In this document: piece by piece, positions 31,932 to 41,956 of the stretch
Layout: every line of letters starts with the position of its first letter
How positions within the stretch are numbered: position 1 is the first letter of the stretch
Source: Polyangia bacterium
GTDB taxonomy: Bacteria; Myxococcota_A; Polyangia; Nannocystales; Nannocystaceae
NCBI GenBank assembly: GCA_030424595.1
Contig: JAUHWG010000011.1
Location: 1,130 to 65,129 of the forward strand
Direction: 5' to 3'
DNA: 64,000 bases
Translations under genes and position numbers: made by a program
Notes under the pieces: model-generated
Told to the model about the DNA's origin: nothing
The model's database searches: none
What the model saw: only the letters and a program-made list of their open reading frames with translations

Positions 31932-33218
31932 TCAGCGGGCGGGGTCGAGGAAGGGCTCCAGCGCCTGCACCATCCGCCTCATCTCGTCAGGGGTGTTGTA
32001 GTGGGCGAGGCTCGCGCGGACGAGGCCCTCGCAGGCCGGATCGAGCTCCAGGGCGGCGAGGGCCCGAGGCGCGTAGAAGTGGCCGCTTCGCACCGCGAGA
32101 CCCGCCTCGGCGAGGGCCGCGACGATCGCGTGGGAGGGCACGCCTGCGATCTGAAACGCGACGAGCGCGACCCGCAGCGCCGGATCGCTCGTCTCTGGGC
32201 CGATGATCCGAGCGCCGGGCGCGGCTCTCAGCGCGCTCAGGAGGATCTCGGCGAGGCTCGCCTCGTGCTCGGCGATGGCGCGGAAGAGCCGATCCTTCGG
32301 GGCCTCGTCGGCGTCGCCGCGGACCGCGAAGGTGTGGTGATCGAGCGCGTCGAAGTAGTCGAGGATCCCGGGGAGGCCCGCCAGCAGCTCAGGGCTCGCG
32401 CCGCCCGGCTCGTAGCGGTAGGGCACGTCGTCGGCCGCGAGGAAGTCGTGGGTCGGCGGCGCTCCGGCGAGGAGATGTTCGCGCTTGCCGAAGAGCGCGC
32501 CGACGTGCGGGCCGAAGATCTTGTAGAGCGAGACCGCGTAGAAGTCGACGTCCCAGGCGTCGACGTCCACCTGGCGGTGGGGCCCGAAGGCGACCCCGTC
32601 GACGCAGGCGAGGGCGCCGGCGTCGTGGATCATCTGGGTCGCCGCGCGGACGTCATGGATCGCGCCGACGACGTTGGCGCAGTGGGTGAAGGCGACGAGG
32701 CGGGTGCGCTTGTTCAGGAGCCGGCGCAGGTCCTCGAGCTCGAGCGTCGCGGTGTCGGGGCACAGCGACCACTCGCGGATCGTGATCCCGGTGGCGGCGA
32801 GCCGTCGCCAGGGGCCGATGTTGGCCTCGTGATCGAGGTTGGTGACGATCACCTCGTCGCCCGCGGCCCAGGTCGGGCGGAGCGACCGCGCCAGGAGGTC
32901 GAGGTTCACCGTCGACGACCCGCCGAGGATGACCTCGCGCGGGTCTGCGCCGATCCACTCGGCGACCGCGGCGTGGCCGAGCCGGTCGAGCTCGGCCGTC
33001 TCCTGGGAGCGCGGGTGCCGGCCGCCGCGGGCGATCGTAGCCCGCTCCATCGCCGCGCCGATCCGGTCGATGACCGCCCGCGGAGCGGCGGTGCCGCCAG
33101 CGTTGTCGAGGTGGCCCCAGGCTGGTTCGAGGGCCGGGAAGGCCTCGCGGATGTAGTCGAGGTCGAGCACGGGCGGATGGTAGCAGGGCGCCGTCGATGG
33201 TATGGAGCGCCTGTGCAC
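31932..33218 (-). CDS. Class V aminotransferase / cysteine-desulfurase-like PLP enzyme
   Basis: SLYKIFGPH (PLP lysine) and HYNTPDE-like C-terminus; the track start is GTG, so the true start is uncertain (GTG at about 33170 is also possible). Confidence 0.8.
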   Translation of the reverse strand: MHRRSIPSTAPCYHPPVLDLDYIREAFPALEPAWGHLDNAGGTAAPRAVIDRIGAAMERATIARGGRHPRSQETAELDRLGHAAVAEWIGADPREVILGGSSTVNLDLLARSLRPTWAAGDEVIVTNLDHEANIGPWRRLAATGITIREWSLCPDTATLELEDLRRLLNKRTRLVAFTHCANVVGAIHDVRAATQMIHDAGALACVDGVAFGPHRQVDVDAWDVDFYAVSLYKIFGPHVGALFGKREHLLAGAPPTHDFLAADDVPYRYEPGGASPELLAGLPGILDYFDALDHHTFAVRGDADEAPKDRLFRAIAEHEASLAEILLSALRAAPGARIIGPETSDPALRVALVAFQIAGVPSHAIVAALAEAGLAVRSGHFYAPRALAALELDPACEGLVRASLAHYNTPDEMRRMVQALEPFLDPAR

Positions 33219-33581
33219 CTGCGCTCCGCACTCGCCCTCGGGGCGTCGCTCCTCCTCGGCACCGTCGTCGTCTCGGGCTGTCGACCGAAGGCCTCCAGGG
33301 TCGAGGCCGCCGACGATCCTGCGATCCTGCTCGCGGACACCAGCGCGGTCTGCACGGCGATGGCGACCGGTGATGTCTACGCCTGGCGGACGCCGATCGT
33401 GAAGTCAGCGACCTGGAACATGCTGATCGCGCGGGGTGAGGCGGGCGATGAGGCGGCGAACTGCGAGGCGGCCAAGCTGATCAACCGGCGCTGGCAGCAG
33501 ACGCTCACCTGCACCGCGTCGCTCGCGATCAAGCTGGCTGAGCGCTCTCGCTGCCGGCTTCCGGCGAGCTCGCGCTCCTAG
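33213..33581 (+). CDS. Small lipoprotein (hypothetical)
   Basis: LRSALALGASLLLGTVVVSGC lipobox; GTG start proposed to avoid a 40-nt overlap with the divergent aminotransferase. Confidence 0.4.
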   Translation: MHLRSALALGASLLLGTVVVSGCRPKASRVEAADDPAILLADTSAVCTAMATGDVYAWRTPIVKSATWNMLIARGEAGDEAANCEAAKLINRRWQQTLTCTASLAIKLAERSRCRLPASSRS

Positions 33582-33601
33582 GCTGTTGCTATCATCCGCC
33601 G

Positions 33602-34027
33602 GTGGTCGACCCCGGCGTCATCCTCCTTCACCAGAGCTCCTTCGGCGTGCTGACCCATGAGCCTGCGCTGGGCAGGCTCACCTTGGTGCGGAGCGCCGAG
33701 CCCCTCGATCCGACGACCTTCGAGCCCGTGGTCGACGCGCTCGTCGCTGCGATCGACGGGATCGACGTGCAGGCATGCGGGCTCCTCTTCGACGTTCGCG
33801 CCGTCATGGGTCGCAACGACGACGCCTTCGAGGCGGCGAGCCTCTCCGCGCGCCGCCGCTTCATCGCCCGCTTCGGCCGGACCGCGGTGCTCGTCAGGAC
33901 CCTCGTCGGTCGTCTGCAGGGCGAACGCCTCGCCCGCGAGGACCAGAGCGATGCGCGGGTGCTCGTCACGACAGACCCCGACGACGCGATCGCCTTCCTC
34001 AGAGCTTGGGCGGCGAGCCGAGCGTGA
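33602..34027 (+). CDS. Hypothetical protein
   Basis: GTG start; more protein-like than the antisense ORF 33578..34066. Confidence 0.35.
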   Translation: MVDPGVILLHQSSFGVLTHEPALGRLTLVRSAEPLDPTTFEPVVDALVAAIDGIDVQACGLLFDVRAVMGRNDDAFEAASLSARRRFIARFGRTAVLVRTLVGRLQGERLAREDQSDARVLVTTDPDDAIAFLRAWAASRA

Positions 34028-34072
34028 GGGCCGCGCTCGCCCCTGCGACCTAGAGGCGTCGCCCAAGGGCCG

Positions 34073-35113
34073 CTAGAGCGCGAGCTCGTGGAGAGCGCGG
34101 GCGAGCTCATTGGCGTCGGCGTAGCGATCGTCGGGGTCGCGGGCGAGGGCCCGCTCGACGACGGCGACGAGCGCCGGCCGCAGGCTCGCGGAGAGCATCG
34201 ACAGGGCGGGCGGCGGTCCCGAGATCACCTGTTTGAGGACGGTCTTGGCGTCGTCGCCGGGGTACGGGGCGATGCCCGTCAGGGTGTGGAGCAAGAGCCC
34301 GCCGAGGGCGTAGACGTCGGCCCGCTCGTCGACGTCACCGCCCCAGGCCTGCTCAGGCGCCATGTAGGCCGGGGTTCCCATCACCTGTCCCGCGACTGTG
34401 CGCCGCGGATCCGTGCCGTCGGCGAGGAAGATATCGCTGTCGCCGGTGCTCTCGACCCGGTCGAGGTCCTTGGCGATCCCCCAGTCGATGACCACAGCGT
34501 GTCCGCGCGAGCTGATAAGGACGTTCTCCGGCTTGATGTCGCGGTGGATGATCCGCGACCGGTGGGCGCAGCCTATCGCCTCGGCGCAGGCCGTGATGTG
34601 GCGGAGGAGCGGGAGGCGCTCGCGGAGGGTGCAGGCCTGCTGGAGGAGGGCGGTGAACTCGAAGCCGCGGATCAGCTCCATGACGAAGAATCGGTCGCCC
34701 TGGGGCCAGCGGCCCATGCCGTGGATCTCGACGATCCCGCGGTGGCGGAGGCGGGCGGGGAGGAGCGCCCCTCGACGAAAGCGTGCGTCGGCGATGGGGG
34801 AGACGGGGCCGTTGAGCTGCTTGACGGCGACGTGCTCGCGGCGACCTTGGTCGTAGGCGTGGAGCACTCTGCCGCAGGAGTCCTCGGCGAGCACGCCGAC
34901 GACCATCAGGCGGTCGCTCGAGATCTCCGGTAGCGTAACGGGAGATGCGGAGCTCGTGCCCTCGCGCCTCGCTGACGGCTGAGACTTTCGCAGGCGAACG
35001 AACGCTCGACGCCCACGCTCCGTCGTCTCGGCTGAGCGCGGAGAGTCGCGATCATCCTTCGCGTTCGGGTCGTTCACGTCGCTAGTCATCATTGCGCAAG
35101 TTGTCGCCTGCAA
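34073..35113 (-). CDS. Hanks-type Ser/Thr protein kinase
   Basis: VAVKQL (VAIK), HRDIKPENVL, DWGIAK (DFG), GTPAYMAPE motifs. Confidence 0.85.
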   Translation of the reverse strand: MQATTCAMMTSDVNDPNAKDDRDSPRSAETTERGRRAFVRLRKSQPSARREGTSSASPVTLPEISSDRLMVVGVLAEDSCGRVLHAYDQGRREHVAVKQLNGPVSPIADARFRRGALLPARLRHRGIVEIHGMGRWPQGDRFFVMELIRGFEFTALLQQACTLRERLPLLRHITACAEAIGCAHRSRIIHRDIKPENVLISSRGHAVVIDWGIAKDLDRVESTGDSDIFLADGTDPRRTVAGQVMGTPAYMAPEQAWGGDVDERADVYALGGLLLHTLTGIAPYPGDDAKTVLKQVISGPPPALSMLSASLRPALVAVVERALARDPDDRYADANELARALHELAL

Positions 35114-35279
35114 GATCGGTGCGAGGAATGAAAAATGGCCTTCTGCTCCGAGAACGAGCCTCAGGGGGCCTAGTTTCGCGCGCTAAGGGTGGTGCGTTGT
35201 GCCCCAATGTCCCATCGTCGGGGGCGATGAGCGCCTGCGCGCTCTGGTGAGCGTCTCTGCGCTGGCATAGTCTGGGGCG

Positions 35280-37469
35280 ATGACGCCGCCGTCTCGCCGC
35301 CGCCTCCCCCCACCTCCGCTCGCCATGGTCGCGCTCCTCGGCCTCGCCTGCTCGCCGCCGCCGCCGTCGGTCGCGTCGAAGGCGGGGAGCCCTGAGCCGG
35401 AGTGTCCCGCAGCCCCGGAGCAAGCGGAGGTGCTGCCCGACACGCCGCGACCGGTCGCGGCGGAGTTTGAGTACGCACCCCACAACTTCTCCGCGAAGGA
35501 TCTCATCGCCCTCGATCGCGTCAGCGATCCTCAAGTCTCTCCCGACGGGGAGAAGGTCGTCTACGTCGTCCGGACCACCGACGTCGCCGGCGATCGCGGT
35601 CGGACCGGGCTCTGGATGACGAGCGTGGCCGGGGGCGGGGCTCCGATCGCTGTCGCTGAGGATGACGCCGCCGACTTCAGCCCGCGTTGGTCGGTCGCGG
35701 GCGACGAGATCTTCTTCCTCTCACGTCGATCGGGCTCGACGCAGATCTGGTCCGTCGGACAGAACGGAGGCGCCGCCAAGCAGCGCAGCGACCTCCCTGT
35801 AGACGTGACCGGCTTCATCCTCAGCCCCGACGGCGAGCGCATCGCCATCACCGCCGACGTCTTCCCCGCGTGCGGCGATCTCAGCTGCACGGCGGGGCGG
35901 CTCGCCGCGGAGGAGGAGCGCAAGTCCTCGGGGATGGTCTTCGACAAGCTCTTTGTCCGCCACTGGGACCAGTGGAAGGTCGGCCTGCGATCGCACCTCT
36001 TCGTCGCCCCGCTCGCCGGCGAAGGCGGGAAGATCGGCGCCGCCGTCGACCTCACGCCCGGACTCGACGCGGACGTCCCGTCCAAGCCCTTCGGCGGGGT
36101 CGAGGAGGTGAGCTTCAGCCCCGACGGCCAGCGCCTGGTCTACGCCGCGCGGGTCGCCGGCGCTGGCGAGCCCTGGTCGACCAACTTCGACCTCTACGAG
36201 GTGCCCGTCGGCGGCGGCGATGCGGTCAACCTGACCGCCGACAATCCGGCCTGGGACACGCTCCCCGTCTTCTCGCCGGACGGCAAGAGCCTCGCCTACC
36301 TGGCGATGACCCGCCCCGGGTTTGAGGCCGACCGCTTCCGGATCATGCTCCGCTCGCTCCCCGGCGGCGAGACCCGCGAGGTCGCGCCGGACTGGGACCG
36401 CTCGCCCCGCGGCCTCCTCTTCTCCGCCGACGGCAAGACCCTCTACGCGACCGCCGACGATCTCGGTCAACACCCGCTCTTCGCGATCGACGTCGCGACC
36501 GGAGCGGTCAAGCAGGTGCTCGGCGACGGCTACGTGAGCTCGCCTCAGCTCGCGGGGGCGAAGCTCATCGTCGCCCGCGATGACCTCCGGGCGCCGGCGG
36601 ACCTCTACAGCGTCGCGGCCGAGGGCGGCGAGCCGACGGCGATCACGTCGATCAACGGCGACAAGGTCGGGCATCTCAAGATGGGCGAGACGACCCAGTT
36701 TGAGTTCGCCGGGTGGAAGGGGGAGACCGTCCGCGGCTGGCTCATCAAGCCCGTCGACTTTGATCCGGCGAAGACCTACCCGCTCGCCTTCCTGATCCAC
36801 GGCGGTCCCCAGGGATCCTTCGGCGATCACTTCCACTATCGCTGGAACCCGCAGGTCTACGCCGGCGCCGGCTATGTCGCGGTGATGATCGACTTCCACG
36901 GCTCGACCGGCTACGGCCAGGCCTTCACCGACTCGATCTCCGACGATTGGGGCGGCAAGCCCCTCGAGGACCTGAAGAAGGGGATGAAGCATATCGAGGG
37001 GGCCTATCCATTCGTCGACACCTCGAACGCCTGCGCGCTCGGGGCCTCCTACGGCGGCTTTATGATCAATTGGATCGCCGGCCAATGGAGCGACGGCTTT
37101 CGCTGCTTGGTCAACCACGACGGCGTCTTTGACAATCGCATGATGTACTACGCGACCGAAGAGCTGTGGTTCTCCGAGTGGGAGCACGGCGGCCCCTATT
37201 GGGAGAAGGTCAAGGCTCACGAGCGCGACAACCCGGTCAACTACGTCGATCGCTGGAAGACGCCGATGCTGGTGATCCACGGCTCGCTCGACTATCGAAT
37301 CCCCGAGACCCAGGGGATCGGGGCCTTCACGGCGCTTCAGCGTCGCGGCGTCCCCAGCCGCCTCGTCGTCTTCCCCGACGAGAACCACTGGGTGCTCTCC
37401 CCGGCCAACTCCCTGCAGTGGCACGACGAGGTGCTCGGCTGGCTGGGGACCTACACGGCGGCGAAGTGA
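35280..37469 (+). CDS. S9 family serine peptidase (prolyl oligopeptidase / acylaminoacyl-peptidase-like), lipoprotein
   Basis: LLGLAC lipobox; beta-propeller region; C-terminal GASYGG nucleophile with catalytic D/H. Confidence 0.85.
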   Translation: MTPPSRRRLPPPPLAMVALLGLACSPPPPSVASKAGSPEPECPAAPEQAEVLPDTPRPVAAEFEYAPHNFSAKDLIALDRVSDPQVSPDGEKVVYVVRTTDVAGDRGRTGLWMTSVAGGGAPIAVAEDDAADFSPRWSVAGDEIFFLSRRSGSTQIWSVGQNGGAAKQRSDLPVDVTGFILSPDGERIAITADVFPACGDLSCTAGRLAAEEERKSSGMVFDKLFVRHWDQWKVGLRSHLFVAPLAGEGGKIGAAVDLTPGLDADVPSKPFGGVEEVSFSPDGQRLVYAARVAGAGEPWSTNFDLYEVPVGGGDAVNLTADNPAWDTLPVFSPDGKSLAYLAMTRPGFEADRFRIMLRSLPGGETREVAPDWDRSPRGLLFSADGKTLYATADDLGQHPLFAIDVATGAVKQVLGDGYVSSPQLAGAKLIVARDDLRAPADLYSVAAEGGEPTAITSINGDKVGHLKMGETTQFEFAGWKGETVRGWLIKPVDFDPAKTYPLAFLIHGGPQGSFGDHFHYRWNPQVYAGAGYVAVMIDFHGSTGYGQAFTDSISDDWGGKPLEDLKKGMKHIEGAYPFVDTSNACALGASYGGFMINWIAGQWSDGFRCLVNHDGVFDNRMMYYATEELWFSEWEHGGPYWEKVKAHERDNPVNYVDRWKTPMLVIHGSLDYRIPETQGIGAFTALQRRGVPSRLVVFPDENHWVLSPANSLQWHDEVLGWLGTYTAAK

Positions 37470-37656
37470 GGGGACAGGTGAGGGCTCGTCGTCCCTGCTC
37501 CGGCGGGCGAGCCGAGGCTGGCGTGGGGGCGCAGGCGGAGGCCTGCGCCTCGGGCTCTGTACGCTTTAGCGAGCAGGCCTCACCCGTGGCGAGCACGTGG
37601 TGAGGCCTCTGGCGTGAGGGCGCCGAGCCGCCCCTCACGACCCTTGCTACGGTCTC

Positions 37657-38280
37657 TTAGGGCGCCTTCGCGACCATGGTCTGCTCCGAGAGCTTCGACT
37701 CGAGGCGAGCGACGAGACCGTCGATTCCCTCCTTCTTGAGGAGCTGGTTGAACTCGTACTTGTAGTTGCGGGCGAGGCTCACGCCGTCGGTGATGATGTC
37801 GCGGACGAGCCACTGATCGTCGACCGCGTGCATCACGTAGACCACCTCGACGACGACGGGGCGGCCGTCCTTCTCGTAGCTGACGTTGGTCTTGACCCGG
37901 ACGCTCGAGCCGCGGGTCTCCTCGCCCACGAAGGTGACCTTGTGATCCTTGTCGGTCCGGACCCGGCGCATGTAGTTCTCGCGGATCAGGCGGGCGAGGA
38001 GCTGCTCTAGCTGGTCACACTGCGGGGCGCAGCGATCGGGGAAGCGCTTCGCTCCGCCGAGGGACTCGACCGCGAGGGCGTGGTAGTCGAGCAGGCTGTC
38101 GACCGCGGCCTCGATCTTCTCGGTCTTCGCCCGTGCCCGGGTCAGCTCGCCGACCTTGGCGTGCTGGCTGCGGAAGGTCTCGGTCGCGCTCACGCTCGGA
38201 GCTGCGCCCGCCTCGAAGGCGAAGCCCGCGGTGATGAGGAGGCAGAGCCCGGCGAAGGTTGAGCGGAGATGGCGACGCAT
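37657..38280 (-). CDS. MlaC/Ttg2D-family phospholipid-binding periplasmic protein
   Basis: Signal MRRHLRSTFAGLCLLITAGFAFEA; Tol-tolerance-family fold hallmarks; internal ATG of ORF 37657..38607. Confidence 0.65.
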   Translation of the reverse strand: MRRHLRSTFAGLCLLITAGFAFEAGAAPSVSATETFRSQHAKVGELTRARAKTEKIEAAVDSLLDYHALAVESLGGAKRFPDRCAPQCDQLEQLLARLIRENYMRRVRTDKDHKVTFVGEETRGSSVRVKTNVSYEKDGRPVVVEVVYVMHAVDDQWLVRDIITDGVSLARNYKYEFNQLLKKEGIDGLVARLESKLSEQTMVAKAP

Positions 38281-38512
38281 GACCGACCGTATAAGCAAGG
38301 GATGGGCCAGCTCTGAGGGGAGAGAAAAGCCTGGATCTACGCTCAAACCGCGGATGTTGGGGGTGCTCTGTGTGTGGTGTCCTGCCACAGCTCGTCGGCC
38401 ACTGTTGGCGAATTCCCACGGTCTTTGAGGCGCGCGGAGCGCCGTAAGCGTGAGCCCCCCGGGGCAGCGCAGCGGTGCCAGACTCGCTCGGGTGAGTCGC
38501 GGAGCTAGAGCG

Positions 38513-39352
38513 ATGGGAGGTCTCGTCCCTGTGCTGGTCCCTGTGCTGGTCCCTGTGCTGGTCCCTGTGCTGGTCCCTGTGCTGGTCGGGGCGGGGCTGG
38601 TGTGCACGGGGCCAACCTCGCTCGCGGCGGCCTCCGTCGCGGAGCCAGAGCGCTTTGTCTGTCCCGCTCGCGGCAGCGCGGGTGTCTCCGAGGGCGATGC
38701 AGCCGCAGCTCTGGGTGCAGCCCTCGGGCGATCTTCGGAACAGGTCGAGCAGGTCGAGCAGGTCGAGGAGGTCGAGGAGGTCGAGGAGGTCGAGCAGGTC
38801 GAGCTCGTCGCGACGCCGACGGTGCCGGGGTACGCGGGGATCGTCGTCGGCGTGGTCGGGGACGGGGAGCGGCGCGAGGCGGCGATCCTGCCGATGCTGC
38901 GCTGTGATGATTCCGCCTGCGCCGGCGCTCCGCTGCGATTTCGCGGGGCAGCGCGCGTGCGCGTGCGGGCGGTGATCGACCTCGCCGGCTACGACGGGGA
39001 CATCGTCGTCGGCGAAGGTGGCGATCTGCGCGGGCCGGGGCCGCGAGGGTGTCCGCGGAGGCCTGCCCTGATCGTCGAGGTGATCGACGCGCCGGAGCAG
39101 GGAGCGGACAGGCTCGTGATGATCGTGACGATGTCGAGCCCTGAGCTGCGGGTGATCCACAGCGAACGTTCACACGTCGGTCCAGAGGGGGGCACGACGG
39201 TCGTCGCCCTGCGCTTTCGCGCGACCCGAGGGGGGAGCCCGTCGGATCTGGTGGTCCTGCGCCGCCGCCACTCGGCGCGGACCGGCGAGGTCGCCATCGT
39301 CCGCGAGGATCTCTTCAACTACGTCGACGGTCGCTACCGGTCCGCGCCCTAG
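38513..39352 (+). CDS. Hypothetical secreted protein with (LVPV)x5 and (E[QE]V)x8 repeats
   Basis: Internal ATG of ORF 38450..39352; protein-like C-terminal half; the antisense ORFs are Arg/Pro junk. Confidence 0.4.
   Translation: MGGLVPVLVPVLVPVLVPVLVPVLVGAGLVCTGPTSLAAASVAEPERFVCPARGSAGVSEGDAAAALGAALGRSSEQVEQVEQVEEVEEVEEVEQVELVATPTVPGYAGIVVGVVGDGERREAAILPMLRCDDSACAGAPLRFRGAARVRVRAVIDLAGYDGDIVVGEGGDLRGPGPRGCPRRPALIVEVIDAPEQGADRLVMIVTMSSPELRVIHSERSHVGPEGGTTVVALRFRATRGGSPSDLVVLRRRHSARTGEVAIVREDLFNYVDGRYRSAP
38524..38806. repeat. Two intragenic tandem arrays: (gtccctgtgctg)x5 and (gaggtcgag / caggtcgag)x about 8
   Basis: Seen directly in the sequence. Confidence 0.8.
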
Positions 39353-39357
39353 GAGGC

Positions 39358-39450
39358 CGTGGCAAAAGTCCCGCGCGCTCGCCAGCCGTCGTCGGCTCTC
39401 TCGGCTCCGCCAAAACTTGCAGTACGGCCTGGTACTGTCACAGCCCCTCC
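39358..39450 (+). repeat. Copy D of the hairpin repeat family (5-prime half), fused to an IS91 fragment
   Basis: gtggcaaaagtcccgcgcgctcgcc...ctctcggctccgccaaaacttgcagtacggcctggtac matches the 5-prime halves of copies A and B, then diverges. Confidence 0.55.
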
Positions 39451-39462
39451 CAGAACGCCCCC

Positions 39463-40035
39463 CCTTCCCGTGCAAGGGCCGCGGGTTCTGCCCGTCGAGC
39501 ATGGGCCGGCGCATGGCCGAGGGAGCGGCGCTCCTGGTCGACCACGTTCTGCCGGCCGTCGGCTACCGCCAGTGGGTGCTCTCCTTCTCGGGGCCCTTGG
39601 CCGTCCGCCTCGGCTACGACCGCGAGCTCCTCGCGGCGGTCTCGGGTTGCCTCGGACGAGCAGTCCTTCGGGACATCCGGCGCGCCGTCAAGCGTGAGAA
39701 CGGACTCGCCTCCGTCGCGGCGCTCCACGGCGGCGTCGTCACGGTCGTCCAGCGCTTCCGCTCTGACCTCGGCCTCTACGTCCACCTCCACCTGCTTGTG
39801 ACCGACGGCGCCTTCGAGGAGTGCACAGGCGAGCTGCCCTTCAGGGCCGCGCCGCCGCCGACCCCCGAGCGGATGACCGCCATCCTCGGCCGCGTCCACG
39901 AGGTGCTCACCGCCGCGGGTCACGACGCAGACGACCTCGACCTCGACCCTGCGCTCGCGGCTTGCGTCCAGCATTCGCTGCGAGGCCCGCACCTCGCCGC
40001 CGTCGCGCCCGACACCGAGCCGCCGCCGCACACGG
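39463..40035 (+). pseudogene. IS91-family (Y2, rolling-circle) transposase fragment F1: the end of the Zn-binding domain through the mid-region
   Basis: FPCKGRGFCPSSMGRRMAEGAALLVDHVLPAVGYRQWVLSF...GGVVTVVQRFRSDLGLYVHLHLLVTDGAF...APPPTPERMTAILGRVHEVL...PPPHTVSA; no start, no catalytic Y2 domain; the ORF 39417..41231 continuation is junk. Confidence 0.75.
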
Positions 40036-40270
40036 TCTCGGCGCAGACGTACTCGGCCTCGCCCCCGGCGACCGGCTCGCAGCTGAAGCCCACGGCGCAG
40101 TCCCCGTCGAGGTCGCAGGGCTCGCCCTTGTCTGCGCCGCCGCTCCCGCCGCTCTCGCCGCTCTCGCCGCTCCCATCGCTCTCGCCGTCTGCGGAGACGT
40201 CTACGACGATCGCCGCGCACGCGAACGAGCCGATGCCGACGAAGAAGAGCGACGGAGCGAGCGCTCGCAT
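39920..40270 (-). pseudogene. Small secreted Cys-rich protein whose 3-prime end is antisense to IS fragment F1 (probably disrupted)
   Basis: Signal MRALAPSLFFVGIGSFACAA then DGESDGSGESG...CDLDGDCAVGFSCEP...; the last 115 nt overlap the transposase fragment. Confidence 0.35.
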
Positions 40271-40416
40271 CAACGACCATGATTTCGCAGATCCGACTCC
40301 GCGTCCAACCATCATGTCGGTGCGCGAGAAAGCGCCGCCCCGAAAGCACCGGCGCGAAGCCTCTCGATGCGCACCCGGTTGGCGTCGACGGACTCTGTCG
40401 GCGCAGGTCAGATGGA

Positions 40417-41238
40417 CTACAAGCACGGCTCGTACCAGCCCATTTGCGCGCGGTAGGCCTCGGCTTCGGCGTCGGCGTCGGGATACGCGTCGTAGCGGGC
40501 GGCCGCCCAGGCGGCCCAGTCGGCGTCGATCTGCGCCAGGGAGGCCCCCAGCACGAGCTCCACGGCCCCCGGGTCCAGCTCGCGAGAAGCCGCGAGGTCC
40601 AAGACGACCTCCCGCCCCAGCTCCTCATCGACGTAGCGGAACCAGGAGGCCCGCAGGATGTAGGCCTGCCCCTGACAGCGCATGTTCAGCTCCTCGTGGT
40701 GCTCGCGCAGCTCCGCCAGCGTCGGCCCCCCCTGCTCCAGCCAGTGGCCGACGACCACATCCTCATCGAAGCCGAAGAGCGGGAACCCGGTCTTGCCGGG
40801 ATCGACCTGCAGCGCGACATACTCCGCCCAGCCCTCCAGGTAGAAGCCAGCGTCGCTCCCCGACTCAGCCAGAGCCGGGGCCACCAGGCTGTCGTAGGCG
40901 ATGGCGTGCACGAGCTCGTGGGCGAACATGGCGCGGTAGCCACCCTCCGCCTCCGAGAAGCGCCACAGGTGGACGGTCCCCTCGTCGTCCACGTAGGGCG
41001 ATGTCCGGCGGTAGCGGCCGTGGAGCTCCACCCGGATCTCGCTGTCCAGCTCGATGTCCGGTGGGTGCAGCGCCGCGATGTCGGCGTGGAGCGCCTCACC
41101 GAGCTCCAGCAGCGCCTGGACATCCTCGTCGGAGCTGCTCACGCTGCTCCCGACGACATGGATGTACCCGCTCTGCGCCTCGAGGCTGCAGGCCGACAGG
41201 GAGAGCAAAGCTAGCGCGAGTGCTCGTGTAGTCCGCAT
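40417..41238 (-). CDS. Putative zinc metalloprotease lipoprotein (HExxH)
   Basis: MRTTRALALALLSLSAC lipobox; AHELVHAIA (HExxH); ATG at 41238 with a GGAGG 8 nt upstream. Confidence 0.65.
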   Translation of the reverse strand: MRTTRALALALLSLSACSLEAQSGYIHVVGSSVSSSDEDVQALLELGEALHADIAALHPPDIELDSEIRVELHGRYRRTSPYVDDEGTVHLWRFSEAEGGYRAMFAHELVHAIAYDSLVAPALAESGSDAGFYLEGWAEYVALQVDPGKTGFPLFGFDEDVVVGHWLEQGGPTLAELREHHEELNMRCQGQAYILRASWFRYVDEELGREVVLDLAASRELDPGAVELVLGASLAQIDADWAAWAAARYDAYPDADAEAEAYRAQMGWYEPCL

Positions 41239-41473
41239 CTTCTGGCCTCCGTTCAACGCGTCAAGGACAGTCGTCGGGCGGCGATTCCCTCGCGGCGCTC
41301 GGCGCTCCTCCTCGGCGGTTGTCTTGAGCTTGGCGGGAGCTGGGTGAGGCATGGTGAGTTCCTGTCTGGAGCGGGGGGGGGCGGGCGCGAGCCGGATCAC
41401 GATGCCTCGTGACGAGGCGGGGTCACATCGTTCGGCCGCCCGCGACCCCATCGGCGATGTCAAGCACACTTAC

Positions 41474-41510
41474 CGTAAAGCACGCTTGTCTTTTTGACAA
41501 GTCTGCTTTA
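41474..41510. promoter_or_regulatory. 37-bp near-perfect palindrome (GTAAAGCAcgcTTGTCtttttGACAAgtcTGCTTTAC) in a local AT-rich patch; candidate operator overlapping a TTGACA -35-like hexamer
   Basis: Seen directly in the sequence; immediately upstream of the membrane-protein/HTH operon. Confidence 0.5.
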
Positions 41511-41521
41511 CATTGGCGACC

Positions 41522-41956
41522 ATGACCGACCGACACGGCACCACGACCGGAACTCCCATGCGCGAGGAGCGAATGAGCGCCGCGGACAAACACCAGCGGA
41601 ACAGCTACCTGAAGGAGTTCATCCCGGCGATCCTGAGCTATGGCATCCTGCTCGCGATCGTGCAGACCACCGTCGACGCGAACACGTCGGGCGCGCACTT
41701 CTGGGTCCTGCTCCCCGTGCTCCCGATGATCGGAGTCGCCGTCGCCCTCTATCGGGCGGTCCAGCGGGCCGACGAGTACGGCCGGATGGTGATGCTCGAA
41801 TGTATGGCGCTCGGCTTCGGCGTCTCGATGATCGTCGCGATGGCCTTCGGCTACCTCGGCGGGATCGGGGTGACACCGACATTCGGCGCGTGGATCGTGT
41901 TCGGCGCCGGCATGATCGCCTGGACCGGCTCGCTCCTGGTCCATGGGATGCGCTGA
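41522..41956 (+). CDS. DUF2178-like small membrane protein (4 TM)
   Basis: Its stop overlaps the HTH gene start (TGATG); this is the common DUF2178 + XRE pairing. Confidence 0.6.
   Translation: MTDRHGTTTGTPMREERMSAADKHQRNSYLKEFIPAILSYGILLAIVQTTVDANTSGAHFWVLLPVLPMIGVAVALYRAVQRADEYGRMVMLECMALGFGVSMIVAMAFGYLGGIGVTPTFGAWIVFGAGMIAWTGSLLVHGMR

Noticed and set aside
38015-39173. Two long minus-strand ORFs (381 and 222 aa)
   Set aside because: Extreme Arg/Pro/His repeats generated by antisense reading of tandem repeats; the plus strand encodes the more plausible protein.
39417-41231. 604-aa ORF continuing beyond the IS91 fragment
   Set aside because: Only the first about 200 codons resemble transposase; the rest is Pro/Arg/Ala junk antisense to two real minus-strand genes.
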